Origin: an uncultured Methanosarcinales archaeon
Lineage (GTDB): Archaea > Nanobdellota > Nanobdellia > Woesearchaeales > JAGVZT01
NCBI GenBank assembly: GCA_964444505.1
Contig: CAYUHF010000004.1
Location: 28,583 to 92,582, forward strand
Direction: 5' to 3'
DNA: 64,000 nucleotides
This document shows, piece after piece, positions 49,237-59,500 of the stretch. The notes beneath the pieces were generated by a model that worked only from the letters and a program-made list of their open reading frames with translations, was not told the origin of the DNA and ran no database searches. Position 1 is the first letter of the stretch. Every line of letters begins with the position of its first letter. The position numbers and the translations under genes are program-made.

Positions 49237-50088
49237 GTTTGCCGCACCAAACAATGCTGCGTTTCTAAGTTTTGATTTTCTTATAGTTGCCTTCATCATT
49301 GACCTTTTTTCAATCTCATCAATCATTGAGGAGAAGAAAAAAGACCAGGAGTTTGAAATTTTTCCTCCCAGAAGAATTATGTCAGGATCAAGCATGTAGA
49401 TTATGTTTGTGATTCCTATGCCCAATAGTTTGCCGTATTCATGAAATGTGTCTTGTGCTGCTTTGTTGTTCTGCACTGCAAGCTGGTAGACTTTTTTTGG
49501 ACTGTGTGCTTCTAATCCGTGTTTTCTTGCAATTGTCATAAGTCCTCTTGCACTTACATGCTCTTCAAGACAGCCCTGGTTGCCGCACTTGCTTTTTGGG
49601 CCTTTATAGTCTATTGTGTGGTGGCCAAACTCGCACGCATTGCCTTTTCCGTGATAGATTTTTTTGTTTATTACAAGTCCTCCCCCGACACCTGTGCCCA
49701 ATGTTAGTCCTGCTATTGTGTTTTTATTTTGTCCATGGCCGTACAGTGCTTCTCCAAGAACAAAACAACTGGCATCATTATCTACTTTTACAGGAAGTTT
49801 GAATTTTTTTTCAAGAATTCCTTTGAGTGGTGTGTTTTTGAATGGCAGGTTTGGTGTTCGGTGGATTATACCGTTTTTGCAGTCCAAAGGTCCTGGACAA
49901 CCCACTCCTATTGATTGGGCTTTTGATGTAACAACATAATCTATTGTTGAGATTATTCTTTCTACTACTTCATCACATCCTTGTTCTGGTTTTGTCTTGG
50001 TGACTTTGCTGTCAATTATCTTGTCAGCAATAATTAGTGCTGCTTCTATTTTGCTTCCGCCAATATCAACTCCAACTGTGTAAGGCAT
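49231..50088 (-). CDS. ROK-family glucokinase
   Basis: VGVDIGGSKIE and the Cys-rich ROK signature (CGNQGCLE). Confidence 0.75.
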   Translation of the reverse strand: MPYTVGVDIGGSKIEAALIIADKIIDSKVTKTKPEQGCDEVVERIISTIDYVVTSKAQSIGVGCPGPLDCKNGIIHRTPNLPFKNTPLKGILEKKFKLPVKVDNDASCFVLGEALYGHGQNKNTIAGLTLGTGVGGGLVINKKIYHGKGNACEFGHHTIDYKGPKSKCGNQGCLEEHVSARGLMTIARKHGLEAHSPKKVYQLAVQNNKAAQDTFHEYGKLLGIGITNIIYMLDPDIILLGGKISNSWSFFFSSMIDEIEKRSMMKATIRKSKLRNAALFGAANL

Positions 50089-50129
50089 GATTTATGTTTT
50101 TGTTTGCTTGGTATATATAATTTGCGGAG

Positions 50130-50783
50130 TCATATTTCTGTGAGTTTTTTTGGGATTTTGTTCCAGTCATCCATAAAACATTTTAAACCTGTGTCTGACA
50201 GAGGATGGCAAAACATTTTTTCAAGTACTTTGAATGGTATTGTTGCAATGTCTGCTCCTATCAGTGCTGCCTGTTTTACATGTGCAGGATGCCTTATAGA
50301 TGCTGCAAGTACTTTTGAGCTGAACCCATAGTTTTCTTTTATCTGAACCATTTCTGCAATGAGCTCTATTCCGTCCTGTCCTGCATCATCAACTCTTCCG
50401 ATGAATGGACTTATGTAGTATGCTCCTGCTTTTGCTGCTAAAAGGGCCTGGTTTGCAGAGAATACAAGTGTGACATTGCACTTTACATCTGGTATGCTCC
50501 TGACTGCCTTGATTCCTTCTACAGTCATGGGGATTTTGACAACTACTTTTTTGTCTATTTCTGATAGTATTTTTGCTTCTCTTATCATTCCCTGTGCATT
50601 GTCTGAGACTGCTTCTGCTGAAACTGATTTGATTTCAGGGATTTTGCATATTTCACTTATTACTTGTTTGAAGTTTTTGTTTACTTTTGAAATTAAGCTT
50701 GGGTTAGTTGTAACTCCTGTTATTCCCCAGCTTGCTGCTTTTGCTATTTCAGATATTTCTGCTGTATCAACAAATAGTTCCAT
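50130..50783 (-). CDS. Transaldolase / fructose-6-phosphate aldolase (short type 3B)
   Basis: [13 protein letters not shown]…GVTTNPSL; 217 aa. Confidence 0.8.
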   Translation of the reverse strand: MELFVDTAEISEIAKAASWGITGVTTNPSLISKVNKNFKQVISEICKIPEIKSVSAEAVSDNAQGMIREAKILSEIDKKVVVKIPMTVEGIKAVRSIPDVKCNVTLVFSANQALLAAKAGAYYISPFIGRVDDAGQDGIELIAEMVQIKENYGFSSKVLAASIRHPAHVKQAALIGADIATIPFKVLEKMFCHPLSDTGLKCFMDDWNKIPKKLTEI

Positions 50784-50900
50784 TTGAGATCACCTGTTTT
50801 TGAAAAAGAAATCTGGTGTATTTAAGGATTGCTGAAAACCGAAAGGTTTTTATATGATAGTACTATTTTATATACTAAATATTGTTATATTAGTACTAAT

Positions 50901-51050
50901 ATGGTGAAAATTGTTGATAACAACGGGCAGTACAAGGTAACTCTACCTAAGACTCTTGTAATAGATAAGGGATGGGTAGGAGGTACTGTGATCAGGTTTG
51001 TTGAGGACTTGGAAGGGAGGGTTTTCTTGAAGGTGGTCAAGAATGAATAG
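50901..51050 (+). CDS. AbrB/MazE/SpoVT-type swapped-hairpin DNA-binding protein. It lies immediately upstream of surface-protein gene 1 and overlaps it.
   Basis: MVKIVDNNGQYKVTLPKTLVIDKGWVGGTVIRFVEDLEGRVFLKVV. This is the internal Met of track ORF 50829..51050. Confidence 0.45.
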   Translation: MVKIVDNNGQYKVTLPKTLVIDKGWVGGTVIRFVEDLEGRVFLKVVKNE

Positions 51051-54000
51051 GAAGACTCTTGTTTTGCTGTTTTTATTGTGTCTGCCTTTAGTTTTTGGTC
51101 TGAACTTCAGGGTAAAGGATGACTCCAGCACTTTCTTTATGGTAAATGGCAGTTCGGGTTTTGTTGGCGTGGGTCTGATTAATCCTATTGCTCTTTTTCA
51201 TGTCAATGGCAATGCGTATGTTGATGGTGATCTGAATGTTACTGGGACTATTTTTGGAGGAAGTCCTGTCAAGGTTGGTGGTGGGTTGAATATTACTTCA
51301 GGGGATTTGTATTTCCCTGACGGGACTTCCCAGAGTACTGCTGCTGCAGGCAGCAGCACAGAAGACGTGCAGGATGCTGCCTGGGATGTCACAACTGGTA
51401 CTCAGACTCATATCACTGTTACTTACCAGGATGACAATAATGAAGTTGATTTTGTGGTGAGTGATGACTGGTATGACTCTCCATCTGACGTCACCGGTGG
51501 GTTTGGGTGCAGTGAGCCTGACGAGTATCTTGCTGGTGATGGGAACTGTTATTCTGAGTATGATGCTGGTGATGACTTAGTTGATGATATCAATGAATGG
51601 GATTCGCAGTGTACTGACTGTGTTGGAAATGATGATTTGAATCCGAACAGTGTTGATCTTACTAGTGATGCTCTTAGCTCAGAGTATGCTGGGACCGGGC
51701 TTACAGGGGGTGGTAGCTCGGCTCTCAGTGTCAATACAGGAAATGGTTTGGATACAAGCGGTGATAGCGTGATTGCTGATGCAGGCTCTGGAGTGATTGT
51801 CAACTCCACTGGTATTAACACCAATATTAGCTATCTGAATGCCAGGTGTGCTGATATCACTGGTTCTTCTGACCTGTGTGATGGTGAAGATGCTGGTGTG
51901 GGTAGCTGTGATGACTGTTCCGGTACTTTTGTGGATGAAGGACAGAGTAACTCCATAACTTCTGGGATGGTTGACTTTAATTATGCTGGGTCTGCTTCTG
52001 AGGGTGGTCCCGCTTCATCTGGTGATTCTGCTACTGGGTTCTTCAGCTCAGGGTCAATTTCTACTACCCATACTGATGCCAAGTGTACTGACTCCGGTTG
52101 TGCTGATGATATTGCTTCATGCTCTGATGTTAATTCATGCACTATTGATGCCGAAAGTATGGAAGGAACTGATTTTGGAACTTTAACTAATGGCTACTAT
52201 TGTGTGTATGATTCTACCAGTACTGAAGTTGATTGTAATGTCCAGTATACTACTGCAACTGATACCGACTGTGCTTCTGATTCTGTATTGATGGGTGATG
52301 GTACTTGCGATACTAAGAGCAGCTTCGGTGATGGAACTGGAACTGATGACCAGACCTTGGCTGAGGTGCTGTCTTCTGGTTCTACAAGCACTACTAACCA
52401 GAACATCATTATTTCTGATGGAAGTATTTGTGCTGATAACGGTGGAGGAACCTGTGCAGGTTCCACCGATGGCTACATCTATGCTGATGTGTTCTATGAT
52501 AATGCTGGGTTTGTGGTTGACGGAGATATCACTGCTGTCAGCTCTGGTGAGGGTACTAAAGGTGGCACTTCCGATGGAGCCGCAACTATTGAGTTTGACT
52601 GCTCTGAGGTCGCAAGCACTCATCTTGCTTGCTCTGGTGAGGATATTTATGTCTCGACTGACTTTGAAGAAGAAGCTCATTGCACTGAGCATGACGGCAA
52701 CTATCTGTCATGTGATGGAGAGGAGTTAGATGTTGATGCATCTTCAGTGTGCTCTGCATGCAGCTATGACAACTATGGTGACTGGAACATATGTGATGAT
52801 GATGGTGACTGTTATAATGTTGTTGGGGCTAATGATGTAAGGTTTACGAGCTCTTCTGGGTACATCACCACCAATCTTATCAATGGTGATGACGGGGATG
52901 AGAATATCAACCTTGGATTAGGCTCAATAGGTGCTTGCTCTAATATCTGTACTGATGACGACGATCCTGAAGCAGGTGATGTTGCCTGGACTGATCTAAC
53001 TGATGATGGCACGTTTACTGATACAAAATTCTGCACATTTGACTCAGGAAACAGCAGGATTAACTGTGACTCTGATGCTGGTGGTGGATTATGGACGAAT
53101 TCTTCTCATGATGCGACTTATAATGATGGAAATGTCATTACTCAAAACAACATTGAAGCTCTTGGTTACCTTTTTTCACCAAAGATAATATCAAACAATA
53201 TATCTTTCAATACAATTGAACAGTTAGATGCAGAGGTTGCTTCAGGTTGGACCAACGTATATTCTCAAACATATTCTTGGCAATCCTTCACTCCATCTGT
53301 ATCTGGTTTATTAAAAAAAATAAGCTTACATATGGAAACTGCACCGAGTGACAATGTAACTGTACAAGTTCTCACAGGACAAGGTGGCGGGGGAACTGAA
53401 TTGACAACAGGTTTTGTTGATAGCCCTTCAGACGGTTGGAATACAATAGAACTCGAAAAACCAGTAATGGTTGAAAAAGACACATTATACACAATTTACT
53501 GGACAACTGGAGGTGATACATTAAAATATTACATCAATACAAACAACCCTTATTCTGGAGGAAGAGAAAGATGGGGCTCATCAAATGATTTGTACTTCCG
53601 TACATACATCATTCCTGCTGACAGCAACATATTCCATATCTCTGAAGATGGCAAGATAATAATATCTGGAGAATCATCTCTTCAAGGAGATACAAACATT
53701 CAAGGAGATACAAACATAAGTGGCACACTTTATGGAGGTAATGGAGAAAAGACATTTGGAGGACTAAATGTGAGCGGTAATGTTTTCCAGGAATTAAGAG
53801 ACCCAGTCAATGTGGGTGGAACAAGTGCTGCGGATTATGGCCAAGATGTTTTTGTTTCGGGAGATTACGCCTATGTTACAAGCTATTCAACAGGGGATGA
53901 CCTTGAAATTTTTGATGTCTCTGACCCCACTAATCCAACTAAAATTGGTGGAGCAGGAACACCTAGTACAGCAAATGAAGTTTTTGTTTCAGGAAAGTAT

Positions 54001-55215
54001 GCATATGTTGTAAGCACCAGCAGTGGTGATGAACTTTCTGTTTTTGATGTCTCTGACCCTTCTAATCCTTATCTGGCTGGTTCTGCCAATCTTGCAACAA
54101 GCGGGCGCGATGTCTATGTATCTGGGAATTATGCTTATGTAGTTAGCTCTTCAACAGGGGATGACCTTGAAATTTTTGATGTCTCTGATCCTACTAATCC
54201 CTCAAAGGTTGGAGGTGCTGAAGCTGCAACATCTGCGCTGAGCGTTTATGTCTCTGGTAATTATGCCTACGTTACAAGCTATTCGACAGGGGATGACCTT
54301 GAAATTTTTAATGTATCTGACCCTTCCAATCCAACTAAAGTTGGTGGAGTGGGTACTGCAGACAGTGCGAGAGATATAGTTGTTTCAGGAAAGTATGCTT
54401 ACGTAACGAGTGATTCGACTGGAGATGATCTTGAAATCTTCAATATCTCTGACCCTTCCAATCCAACTAAAGTTGGTGGAGTGGGTGCATCAGCAAACGC
54501 AAATGCTCTTGCAATATCAGGGGATTATGCATATGTTGGGTCAGATACAGCCGGGGATGAACTAGAGATTTTTGATATTTCTGATCCTACCAGTCCATTT
54601 AAGGTTGGAGGTGCAGCAGCAACATCCACTGTTTTTGGAATGTCAGTGTCAGGAAGATACATTTATTTGGCAGTTTTTTCAGGAGATGAACTATCAATCT
54701 ATGAAATACCCGGTATCACTACACCTGTATCAGAAATAGGAAATCTAAAAGCCGACAATGCATTTATTTCAAACAGACTTACAGTAGATAGTGATATCTA
54801 TGCAAAAAATGGCATCAGTGCACAGAATGCACAGTTCACAAATGACCTTGGTGTCGGGGGAGATATTTATGCTGCTGGTGACATCACTGCCGGTGGCTCC
54901 TGTTGTGCTGACTATGTGTTTGAGGATAACTATTCTCTTATGAGTCTTGAGGAGCTTGAGAAATTTGTGAATGAGAACAAGCATCTTCCTGGTATTTCAT
55001 GTGATGATTCTGTTAGTCTGAGCAGGCAGGAAAAGCTTGTTGAGAAGATTGAGGAATTGACTCTTTATACTTTTGAGCAGGAAAAGAAGATAAAAACACT
55101 AAAACAAGAAAAGGATAATGATGTCAAAGAATTAAGAGAACAAAATAAAGCTCTTAAAGAACTTGTTTGTCTTGACCACCCAGATGCAGAAATATGCAGA
55201 GGTGGTTCTGCATGA
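51043..55215 (+). CDS. Large (1390 aa) secreted/cell-surface protein. It has a signal peptide, a tail-fibre-like N-module, a Cys/Asp-rich region, about ten LVIVD-type beta-propeller repeats, and a C-terminal coiled-coil module shared with the downstream paralog.
   Basis: Signal sequence LVLLFLLCLPLVFG. N-module GSPVKVGGGLNITSGDLYF. Repeats of the form YAYV.S..TGDDLEIFDVSDPSNPTKVGG. C-terminus GDITAGGSCCADYVFEDNYSLMSLEELEKFVNENKHLPGI…. Confidence 0.8.
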   Translation: MNRKTLVLLFLLCLPLVFGLNFRVKDDSSTFFMVNGSSGFVGVGLINPIALFHVNGNAYVDGDLNVTGTIFGGSPVKVGGGLNITSGDLYFPDGTSQSTAAAGSSTEDVQDAAWDVTTGTQTHITVTYQDDNNEVDFVVSDDWYDSPSDVTGGFGCSEPDEYLAGDGNCYSEYDAGDDLVDDINEWDSQCTDCVGNDDLNPNSVDLTSDALSSEYAGTGLTGGGSSALSVNTGNGLDTSGDSVIADAGSGVIVNSTGINTNISYLNARCADITGSSDLCDGEDAGVGSCDDCSGTFVDEGQSNSITSGMVDFNYAGSASEGGPASSGDSATGFFSSGSISTTHTDAKCTDSGCADDIASCSDVNSCTIDAESMEGTDFGTLTNGYYCVYDSTSTEVDCNVQYTTATDTDCASDSVLMGDGTCDTKSSFGDGTGTDDQTLAEVLSSGSTSTTNQNIIISDGSICADNGGGTCAGSTDGYIYADVFYDNAGFVVDGDITAVSSGEGTKGGTSDGAATIEFDCSEVASTHLACSGEDIYVSTDFEEEAHCTEHDGNYLSCDGEELDVDASSVCSACSYDNYGDWNICDDDGDCYNVVGANDVRFTSSSGYITTNLINGDDGDENINLGLGSIGACSNICTDDDDPEAGDVAWTDLTDDGTFTDTKFCTFDSGNSRINCDSDAGGGLWTNSSHDATYNDGNVITQNNIEALGYLFSPKIISNNISFNTIEQLDAEVASGWTNVYSQTYSWQSFTPSVSGLLKKISLHMETAPSDNVTVQVLTGQGGGGTELTTGFVDSPSDGWNTIELEKPVMVEKDTLYTIYWTTGGDTLKYYINTNNPYSGGRERWGSSNDLYFRTYIIPADSNIFHISEDGKIIISGESSLQGDTNIQGDTNISGTLYGGNGEKTFGGLNVSGNVFQELRDPVNVGGTSAADYGQDVFVSGDYAYVTSYSTGDDLEIFDVSDPTNPTKIGGAGTPSTANEVFVSGKYAYVVSTSSGDELSVFDVSDPSNPYLAGSANLATSGRDVYVSGNYAYVVSSSTGDDLEIFDVSDPTNPSKVGGAEAATSALSVYVSGNYAYVTSYSTGDDLEIFNVSDPSNPTKVGGVGTADSARDIVVSGKYAYVTSDSTGDDLEIFNISDPSNPTKVGGVGASANANALAISGDYAYVGSDTAGDELEIFDISDPTSPFKVGGAAATSTVFGMSVSGRYIYLAVFSGDELSIYEIPGITTPVSEIGNLKADNAFISNRLTVDSDIYAKNGISAQNAQFTNDLGVGGDIYAAGDITAGGSCCADYVFEDNYSLMSLEELEKFVNENKHLPGISCDDSVSLSRQEKLVEKIEELTLYTFEQEKKIKTLKQEKDNDVKELREQNKALKELVCLDHPDAEICRGGSA

Positions 55216-55793
55216 GGAAAAGATACTTTATATTTCTCTTAATGCTTTTGCCCGGAGTTCTTGCCCTGAACTTCAGGGTGAAGGATGACTCCAGCACTTT
55301 TTTTATGGTAAATGGCAGTTCTGGGTATGTTGGTGTGGGTCTGATTAATCCTATTGCTCTTTTTCATGTCAATGGCAATGCTTATGTTGATGGTGACCTT
55401 AATGTTACTGGTACTATCTTTGGAGGGAGTCCTGTCAAGGTTGGTGGTGGGTTGAATATTACTTCAGGGGATTTGTATTTTTCTGATGGGAGTTCTATGA
55501 GTAGTGCTTCTGCTGGTGGAGGATCCAGCATATGGACCAACTCATCAGGAAATGCAACGTTTACATCAGGCAATGTTGGAATTGGAACAACCACACCTGA
55601 ATACAGACTCGAATTAGTCGGAGATTTCAAAATATCTGATCCTTCAGGAAATGCTGAGATCAAAACAGCAGATACAGCTTATTTATCAAAAGAATGGTCC
55701 ACAAGTTCTGAATTCAACGAGACAGGTACAACATTTACTTCAGGAATCTTAGCTAGTGAAACACACAATGATCTGAGGTTGAAGACAACATGA
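55194..55793 (+). CDS. Short paralog consisting of the signal peptide and N-module only. It may be a cassette or fragment.
   Basis: The N-terminus is about 94% nucleotide-identical to 51043-51360 and is followed by WTNSSGNATFTSGNVGIGTTTP. Confidence 0.5.
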   Translation: MQRWFCMRKRYFIFLLMLLPGVLALNFRVKDDSSTFFMVNGSSGYVGVGLINPIALFHVNGNAYVDGDLNVTGTIFGGSPVKVGGGLNITSGDLYFSDGSSMSSASAGGGSSIWTNSSGNATFTSGNVGIGTTTPEYRLELVGDFKISDPSGNAEIKTADTAYLSKEWSTSSEFNETGTTFTSGILASETHNDLRLKTT

Positions 55794-58700
55794 AAAAAAA
55801 TTATCTACTATTCTTGTTTGTAATTAGTCTGGCTTCAACAATCTGTTTTTCAGAAACTTTGTACGATAAAACAGCATCCGCAGCTGCTGAAAATAAAGGT
55901 TTGATGCCTCCTGAAAACACATTACAAAAGTACACTTCAAGAGGACAGTGGTTGCTGGAAGTGCCGTCAGAAAGAACAAGGATCAGCAGCACATATAAAA
56001 TAATGAATTCAGACAACACCTTTTCAGAAGAATATATTTCCATATTGCATCAGAAGTCACTTCACTACAAAAAAGATGGCAAATGGGAGAAGATTGATCC
56101 TACACTTGAAAAAATTCCTGGAGGGTGGAAGACAAAAGACAATGACTTGAGTGTGAAATTCACAAATTATAACACAGATTGGCCTTTTTCCATCTCACGT
56201 AAAGGAGAATATACTCTCAAACAAAAAGAATTTGCAATTGGTTACTATGATGATAAATTCAACATCCTTGAAACTTTCAAATCAAGCAATGCTCTTTTAG
56301 AAAGTGATAGTAATTCAATAATCTATCCTGAGGTTTTCCCTGGAATAAACATTAAATATACATCTGATCACGACTACGTAAAAAAAGATGTAATAATCAG
56401 ACAGAGTGCAAAAGAAAAATTACTTGATGAAATCTCAAATTTTGATCAGGAGGGCTGGTTAACACTTGGTACCCGAATTGATTTTTCCGAAAACAATGGA
56501 TGGTATATTGATATGCAGGAAGGAGAAGAAAAAAGGGGGCCTATTCATATTAGAAAAGGTGAATCAGCAAATGACCAGCTTTCCAGAGGCATAATCTATG
56601 ATGAAAGTGGAAATAGAATTATTGCAAAATATAAACTAATAGATGACAATAGATATGGTAAACTTCTTTTAACAATGATACCTCTAGAGTGGGTTAAAAA
56701 ATCAAATGGAGATATTACAATTGATCCCACCTACTATGCAACAAGTGCTGACGGCTACTTCCATTTTGTCAATGAGACATACTCAAATGTCAGAGATGGT
56801 TCTACCGGTGACAGAGGTTGCTATGATACCTTTGATTATGTATGTGCAGGTCAACACGAAAATACAGGGAGCTCAGGCTACACTATCTACAGAGGTTATT
56901 ATGAATTTAACACAACTGGAATTCCAGATGATGCGACAATAACTGAAGCAAGAATATTTCTCAATGAAGAATTAGTAAGTAATGACTATGATTTCAATGT
57001 GAGTATTTACCATTACAACTGGAGTTCTCCTCTTTGCAACAGCCAGTATTCTAACTGGGTTGGAGCTTACGGTGCTTCAGCATCTTTTGAAGGAATCTTA
57101 GTTGATACGGCAGATGGATGGACAGGAGATACCTGGAAAAACATTTCACTGAACACAAGCAGAATTAATCCTGGTGATTACACAAGGTATAGCATTGTCT
57201 CTGAAGAAGACGTAAACAATAATGTACCCCCAGACAACACAGAAGCATGGGTCTGTCCCAACAGTGCTGATACTGCAGGTACGACAGAAGATCCATATCT
57301 AAGCATAACATACACAACCCCCACTTATGTAACAGGATGGCACAATTGGACTTCAGAAACAATTGACGGCGGGAGCAGTCAATACAGACCAAACATCTTA
57401 AAAGCATCATGGACTTTGGACGGATCTGACAATATTACTCCTAAGTTTCAGGTTTTAGGATCTGACACAGGAAGTTTCAGCGGAGAAGAAAGTGTTTATC
57501 CTGGTTCAGGTGAGTATTATCAGGACGGTACTTCATATGACATAAATAACAATGTTGCTCTAGATATTTCATCTGATATAAATGCCTCGTACAGATATTG
57601 GAAGGTAAGAGTTTCTATTACAACTGGCACGGACACAGGAGATACTCCCAGAGTTGAGGAGATTGTCCTTGAGGATTCAAAATCACTAACTCTGCAATCA
57701 TCAGGTCAAAGAGTGGGAATCGGAACAACATCACCTCTGTCAATCTTTCATGTGAATGGCAATTCGCTGTTTGTAGGGGATGTAAATATTACAGGGACAT
57801 TATATGGAGGAAGTCCTGTCAAGGTTGGCGGGGGATTGAATATGACTTCTGGGGGTTTGTACTTTTCTGATGGGAGTTCTATGAATAGTGCTCCCGCTGG
57901 TGGATTATGGACGAATTCTTCTCATGATGCTACTTATACTGATGGAAATGTTGGAATCGGAACTAGTTCACCGGATGACCAGTTGGATGTTGATCCTTCT
58001 ACTCCTGATGGGATATCAGAAATCTCTAAAGGAGGTTCAATTCCCAATATGGGCTATCCATGGGGCTTACATGTAGTTGGAGACTATGCATATGTTGTCT
58101 CACCCACCTATCAAAGCCTGTCAATTATTGACATATCTGACCCTGAAAATCCCTTAGGATTGTCAGAACTGACATCTTCAGATTTAGGGATTGATTTTCG
58201 TGCTCATGATATTTTTGTGTCTAGTGGTTATGCATATTGCAGCTTACAAGATTCTGGCCTTGCGGTAATCGATATATCAAACCCATTAACTCCATATCTT
58301 GTAGGTTTGGTAAACTCTAGTGATCCAGATATTTCTTCATTTGACAGCACCTATACATTTTATGTTTCAGGAAAATATGCCTACCTTGGAGATACAACTT
58401 ATGACAATGGTTTTCATGGTGCATTTGGTGTAGTTGATATCTCTGATCCCAGTAATCCTGACGCTATAGCTATGGTAAATAGTTCCGACTCCAATATAAC
58501 CCATATGAAGCTTCCTCAAAAAATCAAGGTAAGTGGAGGCTACGCTTATGTTGTTTCAGGTGGTTATGGTGGAGGGAGCCTCGCGATAATAAATATTACA
58601 GATCCAGCACAGCCAGATGCAGTTTCTGAGATTATAAACGGAACTGATCCAGACTGCCCGAACTGGGGTTCACTGTATAATTTAGATATAAGGGGGAACC

Positions 58701-59500
58701 TGGCATATGTGGTTGACAGATATAACGTTGGGGGTCTGTCAGTCGTAGACATCTCAGACAAATCTAATCCTGATTGTATAGGGTATGTTAACACATCTGA
58801 TCCAGATTTTTCTCTAACATACTGCGAAGCTGGCTATCCTGTTGGAGATTTTTATTACATGGTCGGGAGGAATGGAGTTGCTTTAATCGACATATCTGAT
58901 CCAATGAATCCTGATGTTGTTGACCAGCTTCTTGGGTCTAATGATCCCAATGTTTCTCTAAATCAACCACAGGATATTCAAGTTGTGGGTAACTATGCCT
59001 ATACTGTCAACTATCAAGGTCATTCCTTCTCAGTTATAAAACTCGATGGTGCAAATATTCCGACCGCAAACATAGGATCAATAAATTCTGATACCCTCAA
59101 CGTTATGGAGAATCTTCACGTTTCGGGGGATATTTACTCATATGGAATCCATTCCAAAGATGGTCTTTTTACAGGCGACCTAGCATCCAGTGGAGATATT
59201 TATGCTGTCGGCGACATCACTGCCGGTGGCTCGTGCTGTGCTGACTATGTGTTTGAGGATAACTATTCTCTTATGAGCCTTGAAGAGCTTGAGAAATTTG
59301 TTAATGAGAATAAGCATCTTCCGGGCATTTCATGTGATGATTCTGTTAGTCTGAGCAGGCAGGAGAAGTTGGTTGAGAAGATTGAGGAATTAACTCTTTA
59401 TACTTTTGAGCAGGAAAGAAAGATAAAAGAACAAAAACAGGAAATAGAAGATATGAAAAACAGATTAGAAAAACTCGAAACAACTATTCAGGACCCTTAG
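55790..59500 (+). CDS. Large (1236 aa) secreted/cell-surface protein, paralog of 51043..55215. It has its own signal peptide, a distinct N-region, an internal copy of the tail-fibre-like module, LVIVD repeats, and a near-identical C-terminal module.
   Basis: MKKNYLLFLFVISLASTICFS signal sequence; internal RVGIGTTSPLSIFHVNGN…GSPVKVGGGLNMTSGGLYF; LVIVD-like repeats (YAYVVS…LSIIDISDPENP); a C-terminal ~90 aa block about 93% nucleotide-identical to 54870-55215. Confidence 0.8.
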   Translation: MKKNYLLFLFVISLASTICFSETLYDKTASAAAENKGLMPPENTLQKYTSRGQWLLEVPSERTRISSTYKIMNSDNTFSEEYISILHQKSLHYKKDGKWEKIDPTLEKIPGGWKTKDNDLSVKFTNYNTDWPFSISRKGEYTLKQKEFAIGYYDDKFNILETFKSSNALLESDSNSIIYPEVFPGINIKYTSDHDYVKKDVIIRQSAKEKLLDEISNFDQEGWLTLGTRIDFSENNGWYIDMQEGEEKRGPIHIRKGESANDQLSRGIIYDESGNRIIAKYKLIDDNRYGKLLLTMIPLEWVKKSNGDITIDPTYYATSADGYFHFVNETYSNVRDGSTGDRGCYDTFDYVCAGQHENTGSSGYTIYRGYYEFNTTGIPDDATITEARIFLNEELVSNDYDFNVSIYHYNWSSPLCNSQYSNWVGAYGASASFEGILVDTADGWTGDTWKNISLNTSRINPGDYTRYSIVSEEDVNNNVPPDNTEAWVCPNSADTAGTTEDPYLSITYTTPTYVTGWHNWTSETIDGGSSQYRPNILKASWTLDGSDNITPKFQVLGSDTGSFSGEESVYPGSGEYYQDGTSYDINNNVALDISSDINASYRYWKVRVSITTGTDTGDTPRVEEIVLEDSKSLTLQSSGQRVGIGTTSPLSIFHVNGNSLFVGDVNITGTLYGGSPVKVGGGLNMTSGGLYFSDGSSMNSAPAGGLWTNSSHDATYTDGNVGIGTSSPDDQLDVDPSTPDGISEISKGGSIPNMGYPWGLHVVGDYAYVVSPTYQSLSIIDISDPENPLGLSELTSSDLGIDFRAHDIFVSSGYAYCSLQDSGLAVIDISNPLTPYLVGLVNSSDPDISSFDSTYTFYVSGKYAYLGDTTYDNGFHGAFGVVDISDPSNPDAIAMVNSSDSNITHMKLPQKIKVSGGYAYVVSGGYGGGSLAIINITDPAQPDAVSEIINGTDPDCPNWGSLYNLDIRGNLAYVVDRYNVGGLSVVDISDKSNPDCIGYVNTSDPDFSLTYCEAGYPVGDFYYMVGRNGVALIDISDPMNPDVVDQLLGSNDPNVSLNQPQDIQVVGNYAYTVNYQGHSFSVIKLDGANIPTANIGSINSDTLNVMENLHVSGDIYSYGIHSKDGLFTGDLASSGDIYAVGDITAGGSCCADYVFEDNYSLMSLEELEKFVNENKHLPGISCDDSVSLSRQEKLVEKIEELTLYTFEQERKIKEQKQEIEDMKNRLEKLETTIQDP

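Noticed and set aside
51043-59500. Diversity-generating retroelement acting on the paralogous surface genes
   Set aside because: Differences between the repeated blocks are not adenine-specific, and no reverse transcriptase gene is present in the window.
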